Shown here: positions 37,585 through 46,151 of the stretch, one piece after another
Numbering within the stretch: the stretch's first letter is position 1
Layout: each line of letters begins with the position of its first letter
Assembly: GCA_965117015.1 (NCBI GenBank)
Contig: OZ220747.1
Coordinates: 649,812-713,811 of the forward strand
Reading direction: 5' to 3'
DNA: 64,000 nucleotides
From: Acidimicrobiales bacterium
GTDB lineage: Bacteria > Actinomycetota > Acidimicrobiia > Acidimicrobiales > Aldehydirespiratoraceae
Made by a program: the position numbers and the translations under genes
The notes under the pieces: model-generated
Databases searched by the model: none
Told to the model about the DNA's origin: nothing
The model's input: only the letters and a program-made list of their open reading frames with translations

Positions 37585-39837
37585 TTGATCTTCGGCCTCC
37601 TAGTACTGCATGTCGCCGTGTGCGTGGTCTTGGCCTGCGCCGGTCGCCGGCTGGGCCGATACAGCCTGCTGGTGGGGGCTGTCCCCCCGGCGCTGAGCGC
37701 GCTCTGGGGCACGACCCGGCTCGGAGCCGGCCTGCCCGCGACGGCGGATGTGACCTGGGTGAGCGGACTCGATCTGGCCATGACGTTCCGCGTCGACGCC
37801 TTCGCGGGGATCATGACCCTGATCGTGTCGGGGATCGGCGTTCTCATCTTCGTCTACGCCTTCGGGTACTTCGGGCCCCGCGCAGCCCACACCGGCAGGT
37901 TCGCGACGACGCTGCTGGCCTTCTCGACGTCGATGCTGGGCCTGGTCTGGGCGGACTCGGTCTGGACGCTGTTCGTGTTCTGGGAGCTGACGTCGGTGAC
38001 CTCGTTCCTCCTCGTCGGGCACAAGAGCACCGACACCCAGGTGCTGGCCGCGGCCCGGCGCGCCCTGATGGTGACCGCTGGGGGCGGTCTCGTCCTGCTG
38101 GCCGGCCTGCTGCTCGTGACCGGCGCCGCGGGCACGACGCTGATCAGCGAGCTGGCTCCGGTCGATGGGACCGCGGCCACTGCCGGTGCGGTGCTCGTGA
38201 TGATCGCCGCCGCCACCAAGTCGGCCCAAGTCCCGTTCCACCCGTGGCTGCCGGGCGCGATGGTCGCTCCCACCCCCGTCAGCGCGTACCTCCACGCCGC
38301 CACCATGGTGAAGGCGGGAGTGGTGCTCGTCGCGGTGGCCGGCCCCGCTCTCGGTGGGATCGCAGCGTGGAAGGGATTCGGCCTTGCCTTCGGGGTCGCC
38401 TCCATCGTCTGGGGCGCGCTCGGAGCCCTGCGCCATCGCGACGCCAAGCTGATTCTGGCGTGGGGCACGGTCTCGCAGTTGGGCATGCTCATCACCCTCT
38501 TCAGCGTCGGCACACCTACGGCCGTGCTGGCCGCGGTGTCGCTCCTCGTTGCCCACGCCTTGTTCAAGGGTGCGCTGTTCCTGATCGTCGGGGAGATCGA
38601 TGTGCGGGCGGGAACCCGCCACATCGACGAGCTGGGAGGCTTGGCTCGATCCATGCCGGTGGCCTTCGCCGCGGCCGCGCTGGCGGGGCTGTCGATGGCC
38701 GGGGCCCCGCCCCTGTTCGGCTTCGTCGCCAAGGAGACGGCCATCCAGGCCGCGCTCGGACTGGACGGCCCGGAGGCGTGGATCGTCGGCTTCGGGGTGA
38801 TCGGCGGCTCGGTGCTGACCGTGGCCTACACGTTCCGGTTCCTGGTCGCGGTGTTCGGACCGGGCCCGGAGACCCCGCTCTCGCCCCGCCGTCATGCGCT
38901 GACCGTGCCGCCCGCCGTGCTCGCAGTGGCCGGAATCGCGGCCTTCGCCGTTCTCGGCTGGGTCGACACCCTCCTGGAGCCGGCCGCGGTCCGGCTGAGC
39001 GGAGGCGCGTCGGTCGGTCACCTCCACCGCTGGCCCGGCCTGGAGCCGGCGCTGGGGATCTCCGCGGTCGTTCTGGTGGTCGGAGCGATCGTGGGTCTGG
39101 CCATAAGCCGACGCCCCGGGCAGGCGCCTGCGGACCACGCCGGCCGCTGGACAGACGCCTCCATCGACGGGATGGTGGCCGTCGGGCGGGCGACCGTCGC
39201 CCGGGTCCAGCACGGTTCGCTGCCCGTGTATCTGGTGACCATGGCTGCGGTGGCAACCCTGGCCGCCACCCCGTTCCTGGCCGACATCAGCCTTGATCAC
39301 CTGGTCAGGTGGCACACACCGTTGCAGGGAGTGCTGGCCGCCGCCGTCGTCGGTGCGGCCGTCGCGCTGTGCTGGGTAGGCACCCGCCTCGGAGCAGGAC
39401 TGGCGCTCGGAGCGGCCGGCATCACGGTCGCCGCCATCTTCGTGATCCACGGCGCTCCCGACCTGGCCCTCACCCAGCTGCTGGTCGAGGCGGCCATCGT
39501 GGTCGGCTTCGTGCTCGCCTTCGGCCACCTCTCGCGCCGCTTCCCGAAGACGGGCCTGCGGTGGCGAACGGTGCGCATAACGGTCGCCGGGCTCGGAGGA
39601 GTAGCGGTGGTGATCGGGTTGGGGGCCGCATCCGGCAACCCCGTCGGGGCACCCCCGCTGGCCGAGCTGGCGGCAGCCTCGGTCGGCGAGGGCGGCGGCA
39701 GCAACATCGTCAACGTCATCCTCACCGACATACGGGGCCTCGACACCCTGGGCGAGGTCCTGGTTCTTGCCACCGTGGCCATGGGGGTCCAGGCCCTCGC
39801 CCGGGCCGGCGCCGGCGCGGAAGGCTCAGAGCCATGA
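37585..39837 (+). CDS. mrpA: Mrp-type Na+/H+ antiporter subunit A
   Basis: 750-aa NuoL-like polytopic protein with a TTG start. First gene of a 7-gene operon coupled by overlaps. Confidence 0.85.
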   Translation: MIFGLLVLHVAVCVVLACAGRRLGRYSLLVGAVPPALSALWGTTRLGAGLPATADVTWVSGLDLAMTFRVDAFAGIMTLIVSGIGVLIFVYAFGYFGPRAAHTGRFATTLLAFSTSMLGLVWADSVWTLFVFWELTSVTSFLLVGHKSTDTQVLAAARRALMVTAGGGLVLLAGLLLVTGAAGTTLISELAPVDGTAATAGAVLVMIAAATKSAQVPFHPWLPGAMVAPTPVSAYLHAATMVKAGVVLVAVAGPALGGIAAWKGFGLAFGVASIVWGALGALRHRDAKLILAWGTVSQLGMLITLFSVGTPTAVLAAVSLLVAHALFKGALFLIVGEIDVRAGTRHIDELGGLARSMPVAFAAAALAGLSMAGAPPLFGFVAKETAIQAALGLDGPEAWIVGFGVIGGSVLTVAYTFRFLVAVFGPGPETPLSPRRHALTVPPAVLAVAGIAAFAVLGWVDTLLEPAAVRLSGGASVGHLHRWPGLEPALGISAVVLVVGAIVGLAISRRPGQAPADHAGRWTDASIDGMVAVGRATVARVQHGSLPVYLVTMAAVATLAATPFLADISLDHLVRWHTPLQGVLAAAVVGAAVALCWVGTRLGAGLALGAAGITVAAIFVIHGAPDLALTQLLVEAAIVVGFVLAFGHLSRRFPKTGLRWRTVRITVAGLGGVAVVIGLGAASGNPVGAPPLAELAAASVGEGGGSNIVNVILTDIRGLDTLGEVLVLATVAMGVQALARAGAGAEGSEP

Positions 39838-40286
39838 TCGACGGGTCGGCTCCCATGATCCGCCTCGGCATCCGCGCGGCCAGCCCGTTCGCGGTCATCG
39901 TCGGCTGCTACCTGCTGTTCGCGGGTCACAACAACCCCGGCGGCGGATTCGCGGCCGGGCTGGTGTTCGGGGCCGTGCTCGCGCTCCGGACCATCGCCGG
40001 GTTCCACCGGCCCACCTACGGCATCACCCTGGTGGCGGCCGGCGTATTCGTCGTGGCCGGCGTCGCCCTGATGCCGCTGCTGTGGGGGGATCCGCTGTTC
40101 GACCAGCAGGTGCTGTCGGCGGAGGTTCCTCTGCTCGGCAAGATCAAGACCGGTTCCGCCCTGCCGTTCGACCTAGGCGTCGCGGCCATCGTCGTCGGAA
40201 CCGTCATCGCGGCACTCGACGGGTTGGGCGCGGCCGAATTCGCAGCCGACCCGCCGACCGACTCCGAAAGCGGGGAACGAGAATGA
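39834..40286 (+). CDS. mrpB: Mrp antiporter subunit B
   Basis: ATGA overlap with mrpA. FAVIVGCYLLFAGHNNPGGGFAAGLV motif. Confidence 0.8.
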   Translation: MIDGSAPMIRLGIRAASPFAVIVGCYLLFAGHNNPGGGFAAGLVFGAVLALRTIAGFHRPTYGITLVAAGVFVVAGVALMPLLWGDPLFDQQVLSAEVPLLGKIKTGSALPFDLGVAAIVVGTVIAALDGLGAAEFAADPPTDSESGERE

Positions 40287-40669
40287 ACGCCGCGCTCCTG
40301 CTGGCTGTCGGCGGTCTGACCGCAGTCGGTCTGTACCTGCTGACCAGCCGATCGCTGAGCCGGATCGTCCTCGGCTACTCCCTTCTGGGGCACGCGACTG
40401 TGGTCGCGCTGATCACGGCCGGCGGCCGGGCCGGCTGGCCTCCCATCGCCGGCCAGGCCGCGCCGGAGGACATGTCCAACCCGCTGCCGCAGGCCCTCAC
40501 CCTCACCGCCATCGTGATCTCGTTCGGGCTGACCCTGTTCCTGCTGGCATTGGCCAGGCGCCAGCGCACCATCTCGGGCGACGATCTGGTCGAGGACGAC
40601 CTCGAGGACCGCCGGATCGCGGCGGTCGAAGGCGCCCCGCCCGAGCCCGAGGACTCCGTGGCGACATGA
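40283..40669 (+). CDS. mrpC: Mrp antiporter subunit C (NuoK-like)
   Basis: ATGA overlap. 128 aa with 3 TM segments. Confidence 0.8.
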   Translation: MNAALLLAVGGLTAVGLYLLTSRSLSRIVLGYSLLGHATVVALITAGGRAGWPPIAGQAAPEDMSNPLPQALTLTAIVISFGLTLFLLALARRQRTISGDDLVEDDLEDRRIAAVEGAPPEPEDSVAT

Positions 40670-42147
40670 CCGGGTTGATCTCCCTCACGATCGTCGCCCC
40701 ACTGGTGGCCGCGGCCTGCAGCCTGGCCCTGCGCTCCCACCCCCTCGGACGTGACATAGCAGTGCTCGCCGGCCTGGGCTCGGCCGCGCTCGCCTCGCAC
40801 ATCATGCTGGTGACCGTGGCCCGCGACGGCACCCACACCGTCGCGGTGGGCGGCTGGGCGCCGGAACTCGGCATCATCCTGGTGGCCGACCTCTTCGCCG
40901 CCCTCATCCTTCCGGTCGCGCTGACGATCATCTTCGTGGTCGAGATCTTCGCCATCGGCCAGCGCCGGACAGTGTGGGCGGCGAACCCGCAGCTGAGCGG
41001 GCCGCTGCTGTGCGTGCTCACCTCCGGCGTCTCGCTGGCCTTTCTCACCGGCGACCTGTTCACTCTCTTCGTCGCCTTCGAGTTGATCCTGGTCTCCAGC
41101 TACGTGCTGCTGACCCACCAGGGCAACCGGAGCCAGGTCAGGGCCGGCATGACCTACGTGGTGATGAACCTGCTGGCCTCGACGCTGTTCCTGTTCGGCG
41201 TGGCCTTCGTCTACACGGCCACCGGCACGGTGAACATGGCACTGCTGGCCGAGCGGATCCCGCAACTGGAAACCGGGGTCCGACTCGGCATCGGCGCCTG
41301 GTTCCTGGTGGTCTTCGGGACCAAAGCCGCAGTGTTCCCTCTGTTCAGCTGGCTGCCGGACTCCTACCCCACCGCGCCCACCACCATCACTGCGGTGTTC
41401 GCCGGCTTGCTGACCAAGGTCGGGATCTACTCGATGATCCGGTTCCACAACCTGATGGGAATGGAGGATCTGGGGCCGATCATGCTGCTGGTGGCCGCCC
41501 TCACCATGGTGGTCGGCGTCCTCGGGGCCCTGGCGCAGTCAGACGTCAAGCGCATCCTGTCGTTCCATGTCATCAGCCAGATCGGCTACATGTTCATGGG
41601 TCTCAGCCTCTTCACCGTCGCGGGCACGGCCGGAGCCATCCTGTTCCTGATCCACCACATGCCGGTCAAGGCCGTCCTGTTCCTCGTGGGCGGCCTGATC
41701 GAGAACCACGAGGGTTCGAGCTCGCTGGACCGGTCCGGCGGCCTCGCCTCTCGTGAGCCGCTGGTCGCCGTGATGTTCGCGATCCCGGCCCTGAGCCTGG
41801 CCGGGATCCCGCCCTTCTCCGGCTTCGTGGCCAAGCTGGCAGTCGTCTCAGCCGCCATCGACCAGGGAGGCACGGTCGTGGTGGTGGCCGCGCTGGTAGC
41901 CGGAGGCCTGACCCTGCTGTCGATGGCCAAGATCTGGAACGAGGTCTTCTGGGGCAGGCGCAGCGACGGTCCCCGCCCCAGTCCCGCCCCGCGCCGCGGC
42001 AGGCGCACCATGCATTCCGCCACCGCGCTGGCGGTGGCGGGCACCCTCATGGTGGCCCTGTTCGCAGGAACGCTGCTCGATCTCTCGACCGAGGCAGCCG
42101 AGAACCTGCGCAGCCCCGCCAGCTACATCGCGTCGGTCCGGCCATGA
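40666..42147 (+). CDS. mrpD: Mrp antiporter subunit D (NuoN/M-like)
   Basis: ATGA overlap. 493-aa proton-pumping-type subunit. Confidence 0.85.
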   Translation: MTGLISLTIVAPLVAAACSLALRSHPLGRDIAVLAGLGSAALASHIMLVTVARDGTHTVAVGGWAPELGIILVADLFAALILPVALTIIFVVEIFAIGQRRTVWAANPQLSGPLLCVLTSGVSLAFLTGDLFTLFVAFELILVSSYVLLTHQGNRSQVRAGMTYVVMNLLASTLFLFGVAFVYTATGTVNMALLAERIPQLETGVRLGIGAWFLVVFGTKAAVFPLFSWLPDSYPTAPTTITAVFAGLLTKVGIYSMIRFHNLMGMEDLGPIMLLVAALTMVVGVLGALAQSDVKRILSFHVISQIGYMFMGLSLFTVAGTAGAILFLIHHMPVKAVLFLVGGLIENHEGSSSLDRSGGLASREPLVAVMFAIPALSLAGIPPFSGFVAKLAVVSAAIDQGGTVVVVAALVAGGLTLLSMAKIWNEVFWGRRSDGPRPSPAPRRGRRTMHSATALAVAGTLMVALFAGTLLDLSTEAAENLRSPASYIASVRP

Positions 42148-42659
42148 GCAGTCGGCGGTATCCCGGAACGCCGCGACGGGTGGTGACCACCGCCGGCCTC
42201 GTCATGGTCTGGTGCGGCCTCTGGGGATCTGTGTCGATCGCCAATCTGGCGTCCGGTCTCGCCCTCGCCGTCGTCGTGCTGGCCGCCGACCGGGGACCGA
42301 CGGCCCGCCATGTGATCCGCTTCCGGCCCCTGCTCAAGTTCGCCTGGCTGGTCTTCGTCGACCTCGCCCGCTCGACGATCAATGTGGCCCTCGAGATCGC
42401 CACACCCAACGACGGCACGGAGGAGGTCATCGTCGCCGTCGACCTGCCGGCCACCGGCAGCGAGCACATGCTGCTGCTGTCGGCGTCGATCACTCTCAGT
42501 CCCGGGACGGCAGTGGTCGATGTCGACCGCTCCTCGGGCCGCTACTACATCCACCTGCTCCACGGCCGCCTGAGCGACGAGACGGTGGCCCACGCCCGCG
42601 AGCTGGCCAAGCTGGCCTGCGAGGCCCTGCCGACCTCCAGTCCGATGGGCGTCCGATGA
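42144..42659 (+). CDS. mrpE: Mrp antiporter subunit E
   Basis: ATGA overlap. 171 aa, matching the size and position of MrpE. Confidence 0.75.
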   Translation: MSSRRYPGTPRRVVTTAGLVMVWCGLWGSVSIANLASGLALAVVVLAADRGPTARHVIRFRPLLKFAWLVFVDLARSTINVALEIATPNDGTEEVIVAVDLPATGSEHMLLLSASITLSPGTAVVDVDRSSGRYYIHLLHGRLSDETVAHARELAKLACEALPTSSPMGVR

Positions 42660-42931
42660 TCATCCCCCTGGCCGCGGCCGGCTTCGCGGCTGCCGGACTC
42701 TGCGCCGTCTACCGGGTAGTGCGCGGCCCCAGCCTGGCCGATCGAGTGATCGGCGTGGAGGTAGCCCTCGTCTCCCTCGCCGGCGGCATCGTCATCGATG
42801 CCACCAACCGCAACAGCCACACCCTTCTCGCCATCATCACCGTGATCGCCCTAGTCGGGCTGGCGGGCACGTTCGCGGCCAGCCGGTTCCTGGAGCGCGA
42901 CGCCGATGGCGCGAACAGGAGCGCGCCGTGA
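42656..42931 (+). CDS. mrpF: Mrp antiporter subunit F
   Basis: ATGA overlap. 91 aa with 3 TM segments. VVRGPSLADRVIG motif. Confidence 0.75.
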   Translation: MIIPLAAAGFAAAGLCAVYRVVRGPSLADRVIGVEVALVSLAGGIVIDATNRNSHTLLAIITVIALVGLAGTFAASRFLERDADGANRSAP

Positions 42932-43266
42932 GGGTCGCGGCCGAGGTCGTGATGCTTGCCGGTGCGGTCATCGCAGTGCTGGCCGGCATCGGGCTGATCC
43001 GGTTCTCGACGCCGTTCGCCCGGATCCAGGCCGCCGGCAAGGCCAGCCCGGTGGCCTTGTTGCTGATGTCGGTGGGGGCCGCTCCCCTGCTCGGTTGGCG
43101 CGGATTCGGCTATCTGGCCATCGCCGCGGGCGCGATGATCGTCACGCTGCCCATCGTCGCACACCTGCTGCTGAGAGCGGTCCACCGGACCACCAGCATC
43201 GACCACCTAGCCATGGATGACTTGGCCGCCGACGAGGAAGGCGAGACGCACCTCGGTTCCCTCTGA
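42928..43266 (+). CDS. mrpG: Mrp antiporter subunit G
   Basis: GTGA overlap. 112 aa with 3 TM segments. FSTPFARIQAAGKAS motif. Confidence 0.75.
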   Translation: MRVAAEVVMLAGAVIAVLAGIGLIRFSTPFARIQAAGKASPVALLLMSVGAAPLLGWRGFGYLAIAAGAMIVTLPIVAHLLLRAVHRTTSIDHLAMDDLAADEEGETHLGSL

Positions 43267-43647
43267 GCTGGAGTCAATGCTCGAGTGGTCGGCCAGGGTC
43301 CGCATGATGGAGATGCCCATGCCGGATTCCCTGCCGAGCCGGGCTTCTGACTCCGGGGGTGGCATCTCCGGCAGCGCGTCCACGTCGAAGCCGGGACCCT
43401 CGTCGCGGACCGTCACCACCACGCTCCCATTGGAGCAGCGGCAACAGACTTTCACGGGACGGGTGCTGCCGGAGCGGATGTGGGCCTGTATGGCGTTGGT
43501 AGTCGCCTCCGACACCGCCACCCGGAGGTCGTCGATGCGCGACGGCTCGAGGCTCGGCGCCAACTCGGCCGCCGCGGCCACAACCAGGCGCACCAGAGAC
43601 ACGTAGTCGGCCCGGGCCGGGATCTCGATCTCGACGACGGCGCTCAC
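43207..43647 (-). CDS. Anti-sigma factor serine kinase, RsbW/SpoIIAB-like (HATPase_c)
   Basis: GTG at 43647 (GTGA overlap with the STAS gene). N-box SEATTNAIQH, G1 box DEGPGF, G2 GMGISI. Its 3' end overlaps convergent mrpG by 60 bp. Confidence 0.7.
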   Translation of the reverse strand: MSAVVEIEIPARADYVSLVRLVVAAAAELAPSLEPSRIDDLRVAVSEATTNAIQAHIRSGSTRPVKVCCRCSNGSVVVTVRDEGPGFDVDALPEMPPPESEARLGRESGMGISIMRTLADHSSIDSSSEGTEVRLAFLVGGQVIHG

Positions 43648-44024
43648 GGCCGCCTCCGGGCGGAGGTCGCGCCGTCGGAGACGACCGCGGACAGCTCGGA
43701 CAGTGTGTCGGTCGAGTCGTGCAGCGTCAGGATCCTGTCCAGGTCGCAGATCTCGAAGACTCTGCGGATGCGGGACGACGGGCACACCAGAGCCAGCTCG
43801 CCGCCCCGCTGGCGCACTCTCTTGAGCGCGCCGACCACCGCCCCTAGGCCGAACGAGTCGACGAAGTCCAGCTCCGACAGGTCGAGGGCGAGCAGGCGGG
43901 AACCCTCGGCCACCGCGGTGACGACGGCCTGGCGCATGTCGGGTGCCCCGACGACGTCAAGGTCGCCACCGACGCTGAGAATGGTCCACGGCGGCTGCTC
44001 ACTGCGCCGGATCGTGACGGACAC
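43644..44024 (-). CDS. STAS-domain anti-sigma-factor antagonist (RsbV/SpoIIAA-like)
   Basis: 126 aa. LSVGGDLDVVGAPDMRQAV...LDLSELDFVDSFGLGAVVGA, with the phosphorylatable Ser in the DSFGLG context. Confidence 0.75.
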   Translation of the reverse strand: MSVTIRRSEQPPWTILSVGGDLDVVGAPDMRQAVVTAVAEGSRLLALDLSELDFVDSFGLGAVVGALKRVRQRGGELALVCPSSRIRRVFEICDLDRILTLHDSTDTLSELSAVVSDGATSARRRP

Positions 44025-44066
44025 AGACCAAAACGGTACCGCCTGTCACCATCGACTTGGTGACCG

Positions 44067-44474
44067 CTATTCGAGGCGCATGGTGGCGCGGGCCTCGAAC
44101 ACCGCGTCGGAGACCAGCGGTCCCACCAGCGGAACGTCGGTGGGCTCGGCGTAGCGCAACTCCACGATTGCCCGGCCGTCGGCGCGCCGCACCGACACCG
44201 TCAGCCGTCCCGGGTCCAAGTCGGACGCGGCCAGCGCGGCGGAGCGCACCCCGCCGTCACTCACGCCGACTGCCGCGGAGCGCACCGCTTCCCGGGCTGC
44301 GTGTGTGACCAGCACCTTGGTCCGCACGAGCAGGCCCACCTGCACGACGGCCAACAGCATCAGCGCGAAGAACGGCATCACCAGCGCCAATTCCACCGTC
44401 GCCTGCCCCGATTGGCCCGACCGTCCGGGCCGGTGCGACCGTCCGGGCCGGTGACCGGAGCGCCCTGCGGTCAC
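44067..44474 (-). CDS. TadE-like pilus assembly/pseudopilin protein
   Basis: TadE N-terminal motif GQATVELALVMPFFALMLLAVVQVG. GTG at 44474 gives a GTGA overlap with the Flp-like stop. Confidence 0.65.
   Translation of the reverse strand: MTAGRSGHRPGRSHRPGRSGQSGQATVELALVMPFFALMLLAVVQVGLLVRTKVLVTHAAREAVRSAAVGVSDGGVRSAALAASDLDPGRLTVSVRRADGRAIVELRYAEPTDVPLVGPLVSDAVFEARATMRLE
44418..44453. repeat. Perfect 18-bp tandem duplication (2 copies) within the TadE-like 5' region
   Basis: cgaccgtccgggccggtg occurs at 44418-44435 and 44436-44453. It is in frame and encodes HRPGRS twice. Confidence 0.9.
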
Positions 44475-44683
44475 GAGACCATGTTGGCGACCGTGTCCAC
44501 CATCTTGTCGAGCAGCCACGCGATCTTGCCCGTGCCGGTCGCCCAGGTCAGCAACAGCAAGGCCACCGCGGCCGCGCCGACGAGCACGAGCGCGTACTCG
44601 GCGGTGGTCTGGCCGCGGTCGTCCATCCGGCGCCGGGCCGAGCCGCCGTACGCATGCAGTGCGGAGCAGATGCGCAGGAACAT
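44471..44683 (-). CDS. Flp/DUF4244-type pilin
   Basis: GQTTAEYALVLVGAAAVALLLL is a Flp-like processing/EY motif followed by a hydrophobic helix. ATG at 44683 has GGAG 6 nt upstream. Confidence 0.65.
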   Translation of the reverse strand: MFLRICSALHAYGGSARRRMDDRGQTTAEYALVLVGAAAVALLLLTWATGTGKIAWLLDKMVDTVANMVS

Positions 44684-44694
44684 GGTCACTCCTC

Positions 44695-45477
44695 TCAAGT
44701 TGGGAAACCCAAGTCAGAGACGGTCTTCAACAGCAACGGGACGACGGTGAGCAGGCAGAAGGCGGGCAGGACGCAGAACACGAGCGGGAACAGCATCAGC
44801 ACCGGAACGCGCCTGGCAGCCTCCTGCGCCCGGACCCGGCGCCGGCGGTGAGCCTCATCGGCAGCTCGTTGCAACGCGGGCCGGAGCGGTGTTCCGTCCA
44901 TCTCGGCCGCAGTCACCGCGTACACGACCGACGAGACGCTGGAGCCCAGACTGTCTCGCAGCCTTCGCACCGAGTCGACGAAGGGCTCCCCCGCCGCGGT
45001 GCGCCGCACCACTGCCAGCAACTCCGAACGGAAGGGCTCCGAGACTCGGGGGCCGATGTCGGCCAGGGCCGTCACCGTGGGCCTGCCCGCTCCGACCACC
45101 AGACCGAGCAGGTCGATCACTTCCGGCAGATGGCGCTCGATCTGCAGCATCCGCTGGCGCCGGCGGGATCGGCGCCGGACGACGACCGCACCCACGACCC
45201 CCGAGAGGGCGAGCAGGCCGGCGGCCGGACCGAACGCTACGGCCGCGGCGGCGGTGACGAGAGCCAAGGTTCCGACCAGCGCCTCATCCTCCGGCTCGAC
45301 CGCACCCGCCGACAGCCGCCGACCCAGGGCTGACAGAGCACCGGTGGGGTTACGGCCGGCGGGCCGGTCGGCTCCGCGAAGGCGGCGACGGGCGGCGCGG
45401 TTCGATGCGGCCGTTGCATCCAAGACCGCCAGCACCAGCAGGCCCGCGGCAGCCATCGGCAGGAGGCCTACGCCCAT
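44695..45477 (-). CDS. Type II secretion system F-family protein (TadC-like)
   Basis: Start chosen at 45477 (alternative 45456), because the 375-aa track ORF overlaps tadB. Has TM ends and a T2SS-F core. Confidence 0.6.
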   Translation of the reverse strand: MGVGLLPMAAAGLLVLAVLDATAASNRAARRRLRGADRPAGRNPTGALSALGRRLSAGAVEPEDEALVGTLALVTAAAAVAFGPAAGLLALSGVVGAVVVRRRSRRRQRMLQIERHLPEVIDLLGLVVGAGRPTVTALADIGPRVSEPFRSELLAVVRRTAAGEPFVDSVRRLRDSLGSSVSSVVYAVTAAEMDGTPLRPALQRAADEAHRRRRVRAQEAARRVPVLMLFPLVFCVLPAFCLLTVVPLLLKTVSDLGFPT

Positions 45478-46151
45478 CGGCCCACACCCCGACTCAGTCG
45501 GGCCATCCACCAGAGGCCGAGACCTTCCAGTGCCAGGCCGACCACCAGCGACACGAGCCCGACCGGCGTGGCCAGCAGCCCGCCCATCGCGTCGGCGTCG
45601 ACGAGCGTGACGATGACCGCGAAACCGGCCGGAGCAGCCGCGACGACCATTCCGGAGGTCCGCGTCTGCGAGGTCAGGGCCCGGATCTCGTCGCCGAGGG
45701 CCTGCCGCTGGCGCAGCGATGCGGCCGCCCGATCGAGACTGGCGGCCATGGCCGCGCCCGAGGTGTGGCCCAGCACCAGCAGGGCAGCGGCCGTCCGCCG
45801 GTCGGGGGCGTCGTCGACCCAATGGTCAAGAGCGTCCGAGAGGCTCAAGCCCCCGCGGACCCTGCTCACCACGGCACGCAGGCCGGTCTCGGGGAGCTCC
45901 TCAGCCACACCGTCGAGGGCGGTCAGCACGGAGGCGCCCGATCGCAGGGCCCGGGCCGTCAACTCGAGCGCCTGCGGTATGGCGTCGGCCCGCTCGGACC
46001 GCCCTCTCCACCGTCGCGCCGCAGCCACCAGCCGGCTGGACCCGGCCCTCCGCAGCGGCGCGCCGCCCTGCACCCGACCCCTGAGCCCCGCCGGCGGCAG
46101 ATCGGGGGCCAACGCGACGAACAGCAGGACGGCAGCCAGCACCGCAGTCAC
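45468..46151 (-). CDS. Type II secretion system F-family protein (TadB-like)
   Basis: 227 aa with TM helices at both ends. 4-bp overlap with the ATPase gene. Confidence 0.6.
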   Translation of the reverse strand: MTAVLAAVLLFVALAPDLPPAGLRGRVQGGAPLRRAGSSRLVAAARRWRGRSERADAIPQALELTARALRSGASVLTALDGVAEELPETGLRAVVSRVRGGLSLSDALDHWVDDAPDRRTAAALLVLGHTSGAAMAASLDRAAASLRQRQALGDEIRALTSQTRTSGMVVAAAPAGFAVIVTLVDADAMGGLLATPVGLVSLVVGLALEGLGLWWMARLSRGVGRWA

